Positions 18,663-27,274 of a stretch of DNA of 64,000 bases are shown piece after piece. The stretch is taken from contig NZ_JBGCCT010000019.1 of assembly GCF_041260665.1 (NCBI RefSeq), positions 59,492 to 123,491 on the forward strand. Reading direction: 5' to 3'. The translations under genes and the position numbers were made by a program. Each line of letters starts with the position of its first letter. Position 1 is the first letter of the stretch. This DNA is from Catenulispora sp. GP43 (GTDB lineage Bacteria > Actinomycetota > Actinomycetes > Streptomycetales > Catenulisporaceae). The notes beneath the pieces were generated by a model, which was not told the DNA's origin, did no database searches, and saw only the letters and a program-made list of their open reading frames with translations.

Positions 18663-19529
18663 TCAGGCGCCCTTACGTGCGTTGGCGACGATCGCCTCGA
18701 CGTAGGTCGGCCACAGTTCCTCGGGCAGATCGTGGCCGGCGCCGGGGATGATCAGCGGCTCGATCCCGAGCGCGGCGGCGGTGGCACGGCCGCCGCTGAC
18801 GTCGACGAGCTTGTCGGAGTCGCCGTGGACGACGGCGCTGGGCACGCTGACTGCGGCCAGCCCCGCGGTGCGGTCGGGCGAGGCGACGATGCAGGCGAGT
18901 TGGCGCGCGGAGCCGGCGGGCGTGAAGGAACGATCGTACGCCTCGCCAATGCGGGCCTGCAGCTCGACGGTCGGCGTCGGGTAGGCCGGGGAGCCGACGG
19001 TCTCGAACATCTTCTGCCCGCGGTCGATCGCCTCCTCGCGGTTGGTCGCGGCCGGGCTCAGCAGCAGCGTGATCACCTCGGCCGAGGGCTGCCCGACGTC
19101 GTGGGCGCCGGTGGTGGACATGATCGAGCACAGGGTGCGCAGCCGGCCCGGGTGGTCGATGGCGAACTGCTGCGCGATCATGCCGCCCATCGACAGGCCG
19201 ACGATGTGCGCGGATTCGTACCCGAGCGCGTCGAGCAGGCCGGCGACGTCGCCAGACAGGTCGGACATCTGGTAGGGGACGCCGGAGGTGTCGCCGCCGA
19301 GCAGGTCACCGAAGCTGGGCGGGGGCACGTCCAGGATCGTGGACAGGCCGCAGTCGCGGTTGTCGAAGCGGACGACGTGGAAGCCCTCGTCGGCGATGGC
19401 CTGGCAGAACGGCTCCGGCCACGCGATCATCTGCGTGCCCAGCCCCATGATCAGCACCAGCGGCGGGGCGCTCGGATCGCCGAACGTGTCGTACTCGAGC
19501 TCGACGCCGTTCGCTGGGGCCTTGGGCAT
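18663..19529 (-). CDS. alpha/beta hydrolase
   Basis: HGDSD motif. Nucleophile elbow GLSMGG. 288 aa. Confidence 0.8.
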   Translation of the reverse strand: MPKAPANGVELEYDTFGDPSAPPLVLIMGLGTQMIAWPEPFCQAIADEGFHVVRFDNRDCGLSTILDVPPPSFGDLLGGDTSGVPYQMSDLSGDVAGLLDALGYESAHIVGLSMGGMIAQQFAIDHPGRLRTLCSIMSTTGAHDVGQPSAEVITLLLSPAATNREEAIDRGQKMFETVGSPAYPTPTVELQARIGEAYDRSFTPAGSARQLACIVASPDRTAGLAAVSVPSAVVHGDSDKLVDVSGGRATAAALGIEPLIIPGAGHDLPEELWPTYVEAIVANARKGA

Positions 19530-19643
19530 GCCGTCCTCCTAGATCTCGCCGCCGGAGCCTTGGTGGAAGTCAGACGGATCCGGCTGATTCGGCAACCCTA
19601 GCTCGCACAGCGGGCTGTCGGCCCCGCTTGGCACAATGGAGGC

Positions 19644-20162
19644 ATGCTGACCGCTTTGCTGGACACCCCGATCGGCACGCTCAACATCGGGGCGAGCGCC
19701 CGCGGCCTGCGCCTGGTGCAGTTCCCGCGCGACCGCGAGCGGGACCAGCCCTTCGCCACCGGCGAGCAGGGCGCCAAGCCCGACCGCATCGCGCAGGCCC
19801 AACTCGACGAGGCGGTCCTGCAGCTGACGGAGTACTTCGACGGCGACCGCACCGAGTTCGACATCGCCCTGGACTGGTACGGCGTGAACGGCCTGCGCCT
19901 GACGGTCCTCAAGCTCCTGGCCGAGGTCCCCTTCGGCGAGACGGTGACCTACGGCGACTTGGCGAAGGGTTCGGGGGCCGGTGTGACGGCCTCGCAGGCG
20001 GTCGGCGGGATCATGGGCAGCAATCCGCTGCCGATCGTCGTGCCCTGCCACCGGGTGCTGGCCGCCGACGGTCTGGGCGGATTCGGCGGCGGGCTGCGGA
20101 CGAAGGAGTGGCTGCTGGCGTGGGAGGGCGTGATGCCGCCGGCGCTGGATTGGGGTGTCTGA
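19644..20162 (+). CDS. ogt: methylated-DNA--protein-cysteine methyltransferase
   Basis: Active-site PCHRV motif and helix-turn-helix DNA-binding segment. 172 aa. Confidence 0.85.
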   Translation: MLTALLDTPIGTLNIGASARGLRLVQFPRDRERDQPFATGEQGAKPDRIAQAQLDEAVLQLTEYFDGDRTEFDIALDWYGVNGLRLTVLKLLAEVPFGETVTYGDLAKGSGAGVTASQAVGGIMGSNPLPIVVPCHRVLAADGLGGFGGGLRTKEWLLAWEGVMPPALDWGV

Positions 20163-20265
20163 GGGGGCCCTGCGGCGGGGTGGCTGTCGTTCAGGTGACG
20201 GACGTTCAGGCGGCCGTCGTTCGGGTGGCTGTCGTTCAACCAAGGCTTTGGTACCACCACCGGCC

Positions 20266-20997
20266 TCAGCCGAGCCTGGCCCTGATCTGTACTCCGACCT
20301 CGGCGAACCCCAGCGCCTCCGCGACCCGCAACGAGGCCGGCACCCGCGCCCGCCACTGCGGCACCATGCCGGCTGTGAGAGCGTGTTCGATCGCGCTGGA
20401 CGCCGCCACCTTCGCCAGCCCGCGCCCGCGAGCTCGGGGTGCGGTCAGGATCGCCATGTGTGCCGTTCGGCGCGGCCATGCCACATAGCCGGCGGCGGCG
20501 ATGATCTCGCCGCAGTCGCGGATCCCGAACGCCGGTGACGTGAGCTGGCCGATGCTCACCTCGGCGCGTTCCTCCGGGGTGCACCGCTGTTCAAGCGCCC
20601 GCAGGTCGGGGTGGTCGACGGGGAGTTGCTCGACGGTCGGCCCCGGGAACGGCCGGAACCGGTCCGCCGCGAGATATGCCAGGGTCACCGGCCCGATCAT
20701 CTCGGCGGCCGGTAGGGCCTGCGCCGCGTTCGCCGGGTCGTAGAGACTCTGCGGTGTGTGATCGGCGAGGCGTGCGCCGATTTCGTCGGCGCTCACCTGG
20801 TCGGGGGCAGTGCCGATCCCGCTGTCCCCTAGTAATACCAGGCCGATCCAGCCCGCAGGGCATATCCCGGATCGGGGCGAGGCGACAACGCTGACCCCCC
20901 GATCCGGGAAGGCGACCGGGGCCGCGGCGATGTCCGTCCACAGCTGCCGGGCAGCCGTGAGCAGCTGTTCGTCGGCCATGGGCTGAGCCGCGCTCAC
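20266..20997 (-). CDS. GNAT-like acetyltransferase domain protein
   Basis: C-terminal GNAT motif (RARGRGLAKVAASSAIEHAL). N-terminal half unassigned. Start overlaps the stop of the upstream GNAT (20994-20997). Confidence 0.55.
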   Translation of the reverse strand: MSAAQPMADEQLLTAARQLWTDIAAAPVAFPDRGVSVVASPRSGICPAGWIGLVLLGDSGIGTAPDQVSADEIGARLADHTPQSLYDPANAAQALPAAEMIGPVTLAYLAADRFRPFPGPTVEQLPVDHPDLRALEQRCTPEERAEVSIGQLTSPAFGIRDCGEIIAAAGYVAWPRRTAHMAILTAPRARGRGLAKVAASSAIEHALTAGMVPQWRARVPASLRVAEALGFAEVGVQIRARLG

Positions 20998-21563
20998 CGC
21001 CCCGGCGCCGGGTCGGTGGCGAGGCGCGCGTGGATGTGCTCGTCGTGCAACTTGTCGTCCCCGTACTTGAACGAGCTGCGGGTCGTCCCCTCATGCAGGA
21101 AGCCGCACTTCTCCGCGACGCGGCATGAGGCCAGGTTCTCCACCCCGTGGATCAGCTGCACCCGCGTGAGCTCCAGGGCTCCGAACGCCCACTGCGTGAC
21201 CGTCCCGACGGCCGTCGTGGCGATGCCGCGTCCGCGGGCCCACGGCGCGACGCGGTAGCCGAGCTCGCCGGCCGACAGGCCGAGGTCGATCTTGTGTAGC
21301 GAGATCATGCCCAGCATCCGTCCCTCGACGGCCTCGTACACCCCGAACATCGCGGACTGCCCGCCGTCCCAGTCCGACCAGCGCTCGACCCAGGCTCGGG
21401 CGCGCTCCTCGTCGACGCCGCTGGACAGCGGGTTCCACAAGACGATGTCGGGGTCGCGGGACAGCTCCATCATGTCGGGGACGTCGCGCAGCGACGGCGG
21501 ACGCAGCTGGAAGCGGCCGGCGACGATCTCGGTCGGCTCCACGACACGATCAAGTGTTTCCAT
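20994..21563 (-). CDS. GNAT N-acetyltransferase (RimJ/RimL-like)
   Basis: LGYRVAPWARGRGIATTAV motif A, typical of RimL-type enzymes. 189 aa. Confidence 0.8.
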   Translation of the reverse strand: METLDRVVEPTEIVAGRFQLRPPSLRDVPDMMELSRDPDIVLWNPLSSGVDEERARAWVERWSDWDGGQSAMFGVYEAVEGRMLGMISLHKIDLGLSAGELGYRVAPWARGRGIATTAVGTVTQWAFGALELTRVQLIHGVENLASCRVAEKCGFLHEGTTRSSFKYGDDKLHDEHIHARLATDPAPGR

Positions 21564-21613
21564 GCCGCGTATTGTGCCGGACTTCCCGCCGGGCCCCGGA
21601 TTAATATCCCGTC

Positions 21614-22093
21614 ATGGAACGCATCGCTGACCATCCGGCCGTGCAGGCCGTCGAGAAGGAACTCCGGGCGAAGGGCTTCGAGCCGAAGGTCGTCGTCCTG
21701 CCGGAGTCGGCCCCGAACGCCCAGGCCGCCGCGGACCAGGTCGGCTGCGAGGTCGGCGCGATCGCCAACAGCCTGGTGTTCGAGGCCGACGGCGCGCCGC
21801 TGCTGGTGCTGACCAGCGGCGCGCACCGGGTGGACACGGCGAAGGTGGCGGCAGAGCTCGGTGTGGGGAAGGTGGGTCGCGCCTCGAAGGAGTTCGTGTA
21901 CGAGCACACCGGGCAGCGCATCGGCGGTGTGGCCCCGCTCGGGCATCCGGCGCCGGTCCGGACGTTGATCGACCAGGCCCTGGCGGCGTATCCGGAGGTG
22001 TGGGCAGCTGCGGGGCATGCGCACACGGTGTTCGCGATCACGTTCGCGGACCTGGTGCGGGTGACCGGCGGCGACGTTGTCGAGGTGAACTGA
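21614..22093 (+). CDS. YbaK/ProX-type aminoacyl-tRNA deacylase domain protein
   Basis: Size (159 aa) and conserved GxxxxK...SGG/AHR pattern of YbaK/EbsC editing domains. Confidence 0.75.
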   Translation: MERIADHPAVQAVEKELRAKGFEPKVVVLPESAPNAQAAADQVGCEVGAIANSLVFEADGAPLLVLTSGAHRVDTAKVAAELGVGKVGRASKEFVYEHTGQRIGGVAPLGHPAPVRTLIDQALAAYPEVWAAAGHAHTVFAITFADLVRVTGGDVVEVN

Positions 22094-22157
22094 GGACCGC
22101 GGGGCTCATCGCCCTCGGCGCGTAGCCCGGGCTGCCCTCAGCGCGAGGTCGCTGGCC

Positions 22158-23252
22158 TCAGCGCAGCCCTTCGTAGGCAGCCGCGATGATCTTCAAGCCG
22201 CGGCTGTCCTCCTGCTCACGCGGATCGAGCATCTGGTTCATGGCGTAGGCGACGCTCATGCGAGACGCGTGGGCGTTCATCACCAGCGACCCGCCCCAGC
22301 CGCCCCACCCGAACGTGCCGCCGTAGACCCCGAAGCCCATCGCGTAGGTCGTCGGCTGCCCCAGGATGCGGTCCGGGCCGGAGTACTCCGGCTGCCACGC
22401 CGGCTCGCACCCCTGCTCGGACAGCAACCGCACTCCCGATGCCACACCCCGGTTGCTCAAGGCGGACTGGATGAGCGCGATGCCGCGCGCGTTGCCGAAA
22501 CCGTTCGCCGCCGGGATCTCGGCACGCCGCCACGCCTCGGTGTTGGCGTCCTTGACCCGGATGCCGCCGGTCGAGGCGTAGTCGGGACCTGCGGAGTTGA
22601 AGTCGTCCCCGTGTGAGGACGGTGGGTAGAGCCGCGCGATGCGGGCGTCGTGTTCGGCGGCGAGCCCGATGTGGAAGTCGGCGCCGAGGGGCCCGGCGAC
22701 CTCCTCGGCCAGGAATGCGCCGATGCTGCGTCCGCTGACCCGTCGTACTACCTCGCCGATGAGGAACCCGAACGTGACCGAGTGGTAGCCGGCCTCCGTC
22801 CCGGGCTCCCACTGCGTCGGCATCGCCGCCAGGCGCTCGGTGACCGCGCTCCAGTCGTACAAGTCCTCGGCGACCATCCGGCCCGGCCAGTCCGGGAGCC
22901 CGGCGGTGTGCGAGAGCAGATGCCGTACCAGGACGTGTTCCTTGCCGGCCGCCGCGAACTCCGGCCAGTAGGTAGAAACGGGAGCGGAAAGGTCGAGCAG
23001 GCCTCGATCTGCGAGGATCAGCGCGCACAACGCCGTCATCGGTTTGGTCGTGGACATGACGTTGACGATCGTGTCGTGCTCCCACGGGAGCGACCGCTCG
23101 GCGTCGACGTAGCCGCCCCAGATGTCGACCACCGGGTCGCCGTCGACGAACACCGCCGCCGAGGCGCCGAGGTCCTGCGTGTCGAGCAGTTCGGACAGCG
23201 CGTCGGCGACCGCGGAGAACTCTTTCGTGTACGTGCCCTGTACGTCAGCCAT
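22158..23252 (-). CDS. serine hydrolase, beta-lactamase/esterase (class C-like) family
   Basis: SxxK motif (STTKPMTA). YxN-like and downstream motifs. 364 aa. Confidence 0.85.
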   Translation of the reverse strand: MADVQGTYTKEFSAVADALSELLDTQDLGASAAVFVDGDPVVDIWGGYVDAERSLPWEHDTIVNVMSTTKPMTALCALILADRGLLDLSAPVSTYWPEFAAAGKEHVLVRHLLSHTAGLPDWPGRMVAEDLYDWSAVTERLAAMPTQWEPGTEAGYHSVTFGFLIGEVVRRVSGRSIGAFLAEEVAGPLGADFHIGLAAEHDARIARLYPPSSHGDDFNSAGPDYASTGGIRVKDANTEAWRRAEIPAANGFGNARGIALIQSALSNRGVASGVRLLSEQGCEPAWQPEYSGPDRILGQPTTYAMGFGVYGGTFGWGGWGGSLVMNAHASRMSVAYAMNQMLDPREQEDSRGLKIIAAAYEGLR

Positions 23253-23261
23253 AGCCGGACG

Positions 23262-24527
23262 CTACCGCCCTAGATGGTCCGAGACGTTAGGATTTTCGAC
23301 CGCGCGCGCCCCGAGGTGCCGGATGGCCGGCACACACAGCATCGTGATCAGCACCACGACCAGGATCGCGGCGGAAGCGTAGAGGGCTCGGCTGGTCCCG
23401 ACCGCGTCGCTGACCGGGCCGGCCAGTGCCTGACCGATCGGGAAAGCGATCAGCGAGCCGGCGATCTCGTAGGCGGAGATGCGGTTCAGCACGGCGGCCG
23501 GCACGTGGGTCTGCACGCTGGTGGACCACATCACGCCCCAGAACGCGCTGGTCGCCCCTCCGAGGGCGGCACCGACACAGACCTGCGGCAGAGGCAGCCC
23601 GGCGGCCAACGCCAGCGGCCACGCCGACCAGGCGAGCAGCCCGGCGGCGCCGGCGCGCAGCGGATGCCGGGGCCGGAAACGCACCCCCGCCAGCCCGCCG
23701 AGCACGCCGCCGGCGCCGAAGGCCGTCCACATCAGGCCCAGCCCCGAGGCGCCGTGGCGGTCGGTGACCAAGATGGTGGCCAGCGGCCGGATCGGGCCCC
23801 ACACGGTGATGCCCAGCACGATCCACGCCAGGATGACCGAGGGCATCCAAGTACGAACACGGAACTCGTGCCAGCCCTCGACCAGGTTGCGCCACGTCGA
23901 CTCCTGGCTCGCGGCCCGGGCCACCGGCGCCAGGCGCAGCATCAGCAGGCAGACACCGCTGACCGCGAACGTCGCGGAGTCCGCGGCCAGCACCACCGGT
24001 ACCCCGGAGACCGCGATCAGCAGCCCGGCGATCGCCGGCCCGCCGAGCGTGGCCATGGCTTCGGCAACGCGGGTGACGGCATTGGCCCGTTGTAGATCGT
24101 CGGAGACCTGCGTGATGACGCTGGCCAGCCCCGGCTGGAACGCCGCGGTCGCCACCCCGGACAGCCCTGACAATCCCATCAGCAGCCACAGCGCCGGATG
24201 GCCGGTGGCAAAAGCGGTCGCGGCGATCGCCTGGAGTACGAACCGGGCGGCGTCGGCGCCGACCATCATCCGCTGCGGGGTGAACCGGTCGGCGAGCACT
24301 CCCCCGAACAGTACGAACGCTGCGAACGGCAGCACCTGCGCGGCCAGTACCAACCCGACGCCGGTGGTGCCGTAGCCGAGGCTCACGACGCCGTACAGCA
24401 GCGCGACCGGGAGCATGGAGTCGCCCAGGAGCGAGACCAGGCGCGCGGTGAAGTACAGCCGGAAGTCCCGGTTCCACAAGCGGGGCCGCGCGGGCGGCAG
24501 CCGGACGTCACAGGTCGCCGTCGTCAA
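23262..24527 (-). CDS. MFS transporter (EntS/enterobactin-exporter-like)
   Basis: Hallmark N-terminus RLWNRDFRLYFTARLVSLLGDSM. 12 hydrophobic helices. TTG start with GGAGGGGTGGGG RBS; the ATG at 24593 is an alternative. Confidence 0.75.
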   Translation of the reverse strand: MTTATCDVRLPPARPRLWNRDFRLYFTARLVSLLGDSMLPVALLYGVVSLGYGTTGVGLVLAAQVLPFAAFVLFGGVLADRFTPQRMMVGADAARFVLQAIAATAFATGHPALWLLMGLSGLSGVATAAFQPGLASVITQVSDDLQRANAVTRVAEAMATLGGPAIAGLLIAVSGVPVVLAADSATFAVSGVCLLMLRLAPVARAASQESTWRNLVEGWHEFRVRTWMPSVILAWIVLGITVWGPIRPLATILVTDRHGASGLGLMWTAFGAGGVLGGLAGVRFRPRHPLRAGAAGLLAWSAWPLALAAGLPLPQVCVGAALGGATSAFWGVMWSTSVQTHVPAAVLNRISAYEIAGSLIAFPIGQALAGPVSDAVGTSRALYASAAILVVVLITMLCVPAIRHLGARAVENPNVSDHLGR

Positions 24528-24714
24528 GGCGCCCCACCCCTCTAGGTCTAGACCAATGGCGCAAACGTAGGGAGAACGCGATCGGCTCCGCAAGGTATTT
24601 CAGGGAATGGCCGCGAACTGCGGTGACCAGTCGGAATCCGATGATCATCTCGCAGACGTCGACGGCGGGTGACAATGGGCTGCCCCGCCCCGCCTCTGTC
24701 TGGAAGGCCATCGC

Positions 24715-25863
24715 ATGCCAGTGCCCCTGCCCGACGCCGACACCGTCCTGCTGCTGCCGCCGGACGCCTCCGAGGTCGCCTGCGTGGCGCGCGGCGTCAT
24801 ATCCGCCGTCGCGCCGGAGGGCGGGCTGACCGGGCTGCAGCAGACGCTGCTGGCCGCCATGTTCCATTCGCTGACCGGGTTCGACATCGACCCGCTGGCG
24901 GTGCAGGCCGAGCTGGCCGGAAAGCCTTACAGCGCGACGGAGTTCGCCGAGGCCCTGCACCGGCGCAACGCGGCGTTCCGGGGCCGTGTCGTGCAGACGA
25001 TGGTCACCGCCGAGCTGGTGCTCTCGCCGCTGCCGGCGCAGGTGGCCGCCCGGGTGGCGGAGTTCGCCGCGGAACTGTCCGTCCACGACGACCTGGAGGA
25101 CGTGCTGATCGGCCACGCCGACTCCGGACGCCGCCTGGCCTCGATCGACTTCGACCGCAACGGGTACCTGCACGACTTCGACGTCCAGCACGCCGCGCAG
25201 CTGCACGTCGGCGACGGCGCGCTGACCGGCCCCTGGACGCCGGTGGAGAACGATCCGGCGCTGGCCGCGCGCTGGGCCTCGCTCGGCGACCTGCCGACCG
25301 GGACCCTCGGCCGGGGCGTGTACGACTTCTACCGCACCCGGGGCTTCTCCTTCCCCGGCTCCCCCGGCTCGGCCCCGCCGCTGCTGGCCCAGCACGACTG
25401 GGTGCACATCCTGGCCGACTACGGCACCCGGGTCGAATCAGAGATCGAGGTCTTCGCCTTCATCGCCCGGGCCAACGACGACCTGCACGCGTTCTCGTTG
25501 CTGGCCATGGTGGTGAGCCTGTTCGAGACCGGCGCGCTGGCCTCGGGCGCCGGGCTGTTCGAGGCCGACCGCGGCCACCTGTCGCAGCCGGGGATGGCGG
25601 TGCGCTTCGGCGACGCGCTGCGGCGCGCGGCCCTGTGCACCGGCAGCAACGACTTCATGGCCACCGACTGGTTCGCGGTCGCCGACAAGCCGGTGGCGGT
25701 GCTGCGCAAGGAGTTGCTGCTGGCGCCCAAGAGCCCCGAAGCGGTCCAGGCCGGCAGCGTCGGGCCGTGGGATGCCGCAGGCATCAGCCCGTTCCAGCTC
25801 AACGCCGGGCGCAAGCTGGCCGAGGCCGAAGGGCGGGAGTACACAGGCCCCACCTTGGACTGA
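24715..25863 (+). CDS. hypothetical protein
   Basis: 382 aa. Good RBS (GGAAGG). Strong third-position GC. No recognisable motif. Confidence 0.55.
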   Translation: MPVPLPDADTVLLLPPDASEVACVARGVISAVAPEGGLTGLQQTLLAAMFHSLTGFDIDPLAVQAELAGKPYSATEFAEALHRRNAAFRGRVVQTMVTAELVLSPLPAQVAARVAEFAAELSVHDDLEDVLIGHADSGRRLASIDFDRNGYLHDFDVQHAAQLHVGDGALTGPWTPVENDPALAARWASLGDLPTGTLGRGVYDFYRTRGFSFPGSPGSAPPLLAQHDWVHILADYGTRVESEIEVFAFIARANDDLHAFSLLAMVVSLFETGALASGAGLFEADRGHLSQPGMAVRFGDALRRAALCTGSNDFMATDWFAVADKPVAVLRKELLLAPKSPEAVQAGSVGPWDAAGISPFQLNAGRKLAEAEGREYTGPTLD

Positions 25864-25894
25864 AGACTGAGAACTAAGAACTGATTGGGGAGCC

Positions 25895-25937
25895 GGAAAA
25901 AGGGGCGAGGCCCAGGGTTTTGCCCGCCCTGGGCCTC
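25895..25937 (-). terminator. rho-independent terminator on minus strand
   Basis: Perfect 11-bp stem GAGGCCCAGGG/CCCTGGGCCTC with 9-nt loop. On the minus strand it is followed by CGCCCCTTTTTCC. Sits downstream of the tRNA-like region and gene 26289-27024. Confidence 0.6.
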
Positions 25938-26008
25938 TCCACACGGTAGGTGTGGTGCCGTCGTGGTGCGCACGCCGATGGCGTTTAAGAAAGCAGGTAA
26001 GCCTGAGG

Positions 26009-26081
26009 CACCGCGCTCTTCCTATTGAGCTATCCCCGCATGAGAGAGCGGGGAACGGGGCTCGAACCCGCAACCTCGGTG
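26009..26081 (-). ncRNA. circularly permuted tRNA-like cloverleaf element (not a canonical tRNA gene)
   Basis: Minus-strand reading 5'-CACCG AGGTT GCGGG-TTCGAGC-CCCGT TCCCCGC T CTCTCAT GCGGGGA TA GCTC-AATAGGAA-GAGC G CGGTG-3'. Perfect T-arm, 7-bp acceptor stem closed by an 8-nt loop, U8, 4-bp D-arm with GG, and a 5-bp stem CACCG/CGGTG at anticodon-stem positions. Exactly 73 nt. The two halves are in swapped order and there is no anticodon loop. Confidence 0.45.
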
Positions 26082-26162
26082 TATGACCCGCTTCCGGTCG
26101 ATCCGGCGATGGACGGCGAGGACTGAGCTTGGAGCGAGAGTCTGAAACTGCTCACTGCTGCC

Positions 26163-26230
26163 TCTGCCTACTTGGGCTACCTCCGCACGCTATGCGGAGG
26201 GAGGGATTCGAACCCCCACTGTCACAGTGT
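26163..26230 (-). ncRNA. second, partial tRNA-like element (T-arm GGGGG-TTCGAAT-CCCTC plus acceptor-type hairpin)
   Basis: Minus strand: CACTG-TGA-CAGTG hairpin, then canonical T-arm, then CCTCCGCA-TAGCG-TGCGGAGG hairpin followed by TA GCC-CAAGTA-GGC (D-arm-like). Same permuted layout as 26009-26081 but the outer stem is not convincing. Confidence 0.3.
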
Positions 26231-26288
26231 TCGTGAAATTCAGGCGTCACATTAAGCTTGGTCGCTCGCCGCCGATCCTAGCGAAACC

Positions 26289-27024
26289 TCACGCGAAGAG
26301 GTAACCGAATACCGCCTCGCCCACGCGCTGGTCGGTGACCTCGAAGGTGTTCGCCTCCTCGCGGGCGAACTTCACCGCCTGGCTCAGCTTCTCCACCCGC
26401 TCCACGAGTTCGTTGACCCGCTGCGCCGGAAGTGCGCCGGAGAACTTGGTCTGCGTCCAGTAGCCGACGGCGATGTCCTCGTAGTACACCTCGACCTGCG
26501 CCGGGTGCTTCTCCGTGGCCTCGGCCTTGACGTGGTTGCGCGGCACCTTCTTGGTCCGCAGCGTGCGCACCGGCTCGGTCCGGTACCAGTCTGTGGACGG
26601 GTCGGCTGACCAGGACTCGGCGGCGTCGAGGATCGGCAGCTTCTTGACGAACGTGTTCAGGTCGGCGAGCTGCTTCTCCAGGAAGAGCAGGTAGGACACC
26701 GGCACGTCGCGCAGCAGGGTGGTGCCCTCCACGACGACGTCGGCGCGCGCCACGCAGTTCGCCCAGTCCTTGGTGGCGGTGACGTCGAACAGGCGGGTCA
26801 GGCCGGTGGCGATCTGGCGCAGCACGTCCTCGGCCTTGACCTGGACGCGGGTGGACTCCGGCGGGAGCTGCTCGCCGTCCTCGTCCTTGGGCTGGTAGGT
26901 GCGGCTCAGTCCGGTGAGCAGCGGCTGCTTCTGGACGTCGTGGTGGGCCTGGGTGAGTTCGGCGTAGGACTTGCTCTTGACGCCTTTCTCGATGGCGATG
27001 ATCTGGCTGAGTTTGGTGGCCATG
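26289..27024 (-). CDS. hypothetical K/E-rich protein
   Basis: ~245 aa from MATKLSQIIAIEKGVKSK... GGGGGGAA RBS 4 nt before ATG. Charged composition. No known motif. Same strand as, and immediately upstream of, the tRNA-like elements and the terminator. Confidence 0.6.
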
Positions 27025-27208
27025 ATGGTTCCCCCCATGCGCTAGGGCATGTCGTGAGTCTGATGTGTGCTGAGGCAGAGCCTATGGACGGGTGCCGACA
27101 GTCCGTACGGCGGGTCGGCCGGGTCGGCCGGGTCCATGGCGTGGACATGATGATGACAGACCGGGCGGGAGCGGATGTAGGTAATTTCGCCGTCGAACTT
27201 TGATTGAC

Positions 27209-27223
27209 TGACTGAGTCAGTCA
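27209..27223. promoter_or_regulatory. perfect 7-1-7 palindrome TGACTGA-G-TCAGTCA (candidate operator)
   Basis: Palindrome 52 nt upstream of the GT39 gene start, in the divergent intergenic region 27025-27274. Confidence 0.3.
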
Positions 27224-27274
27224 CCTTATGCTGCCGAGCGATGGAGTGTTCGATGACAGGGGGGATGCGTCGCT

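Noticed and set aside
25940-26290. Canonical tRNA gene(s) or tmRNA in the intergenic region
   Set aside because: No fold gives 5' acceptor - D - anticodon - T - 3' acceptor in normal order. The 5'-type halves lie immediately 3' of the T-arm/acceptor halves, and no anticodon loop exists. No tmRNA tag reading frame (..ALAA-stop), GGGG 5' end or CCA end was found. Reported as permuted tRNA-like elements instead.
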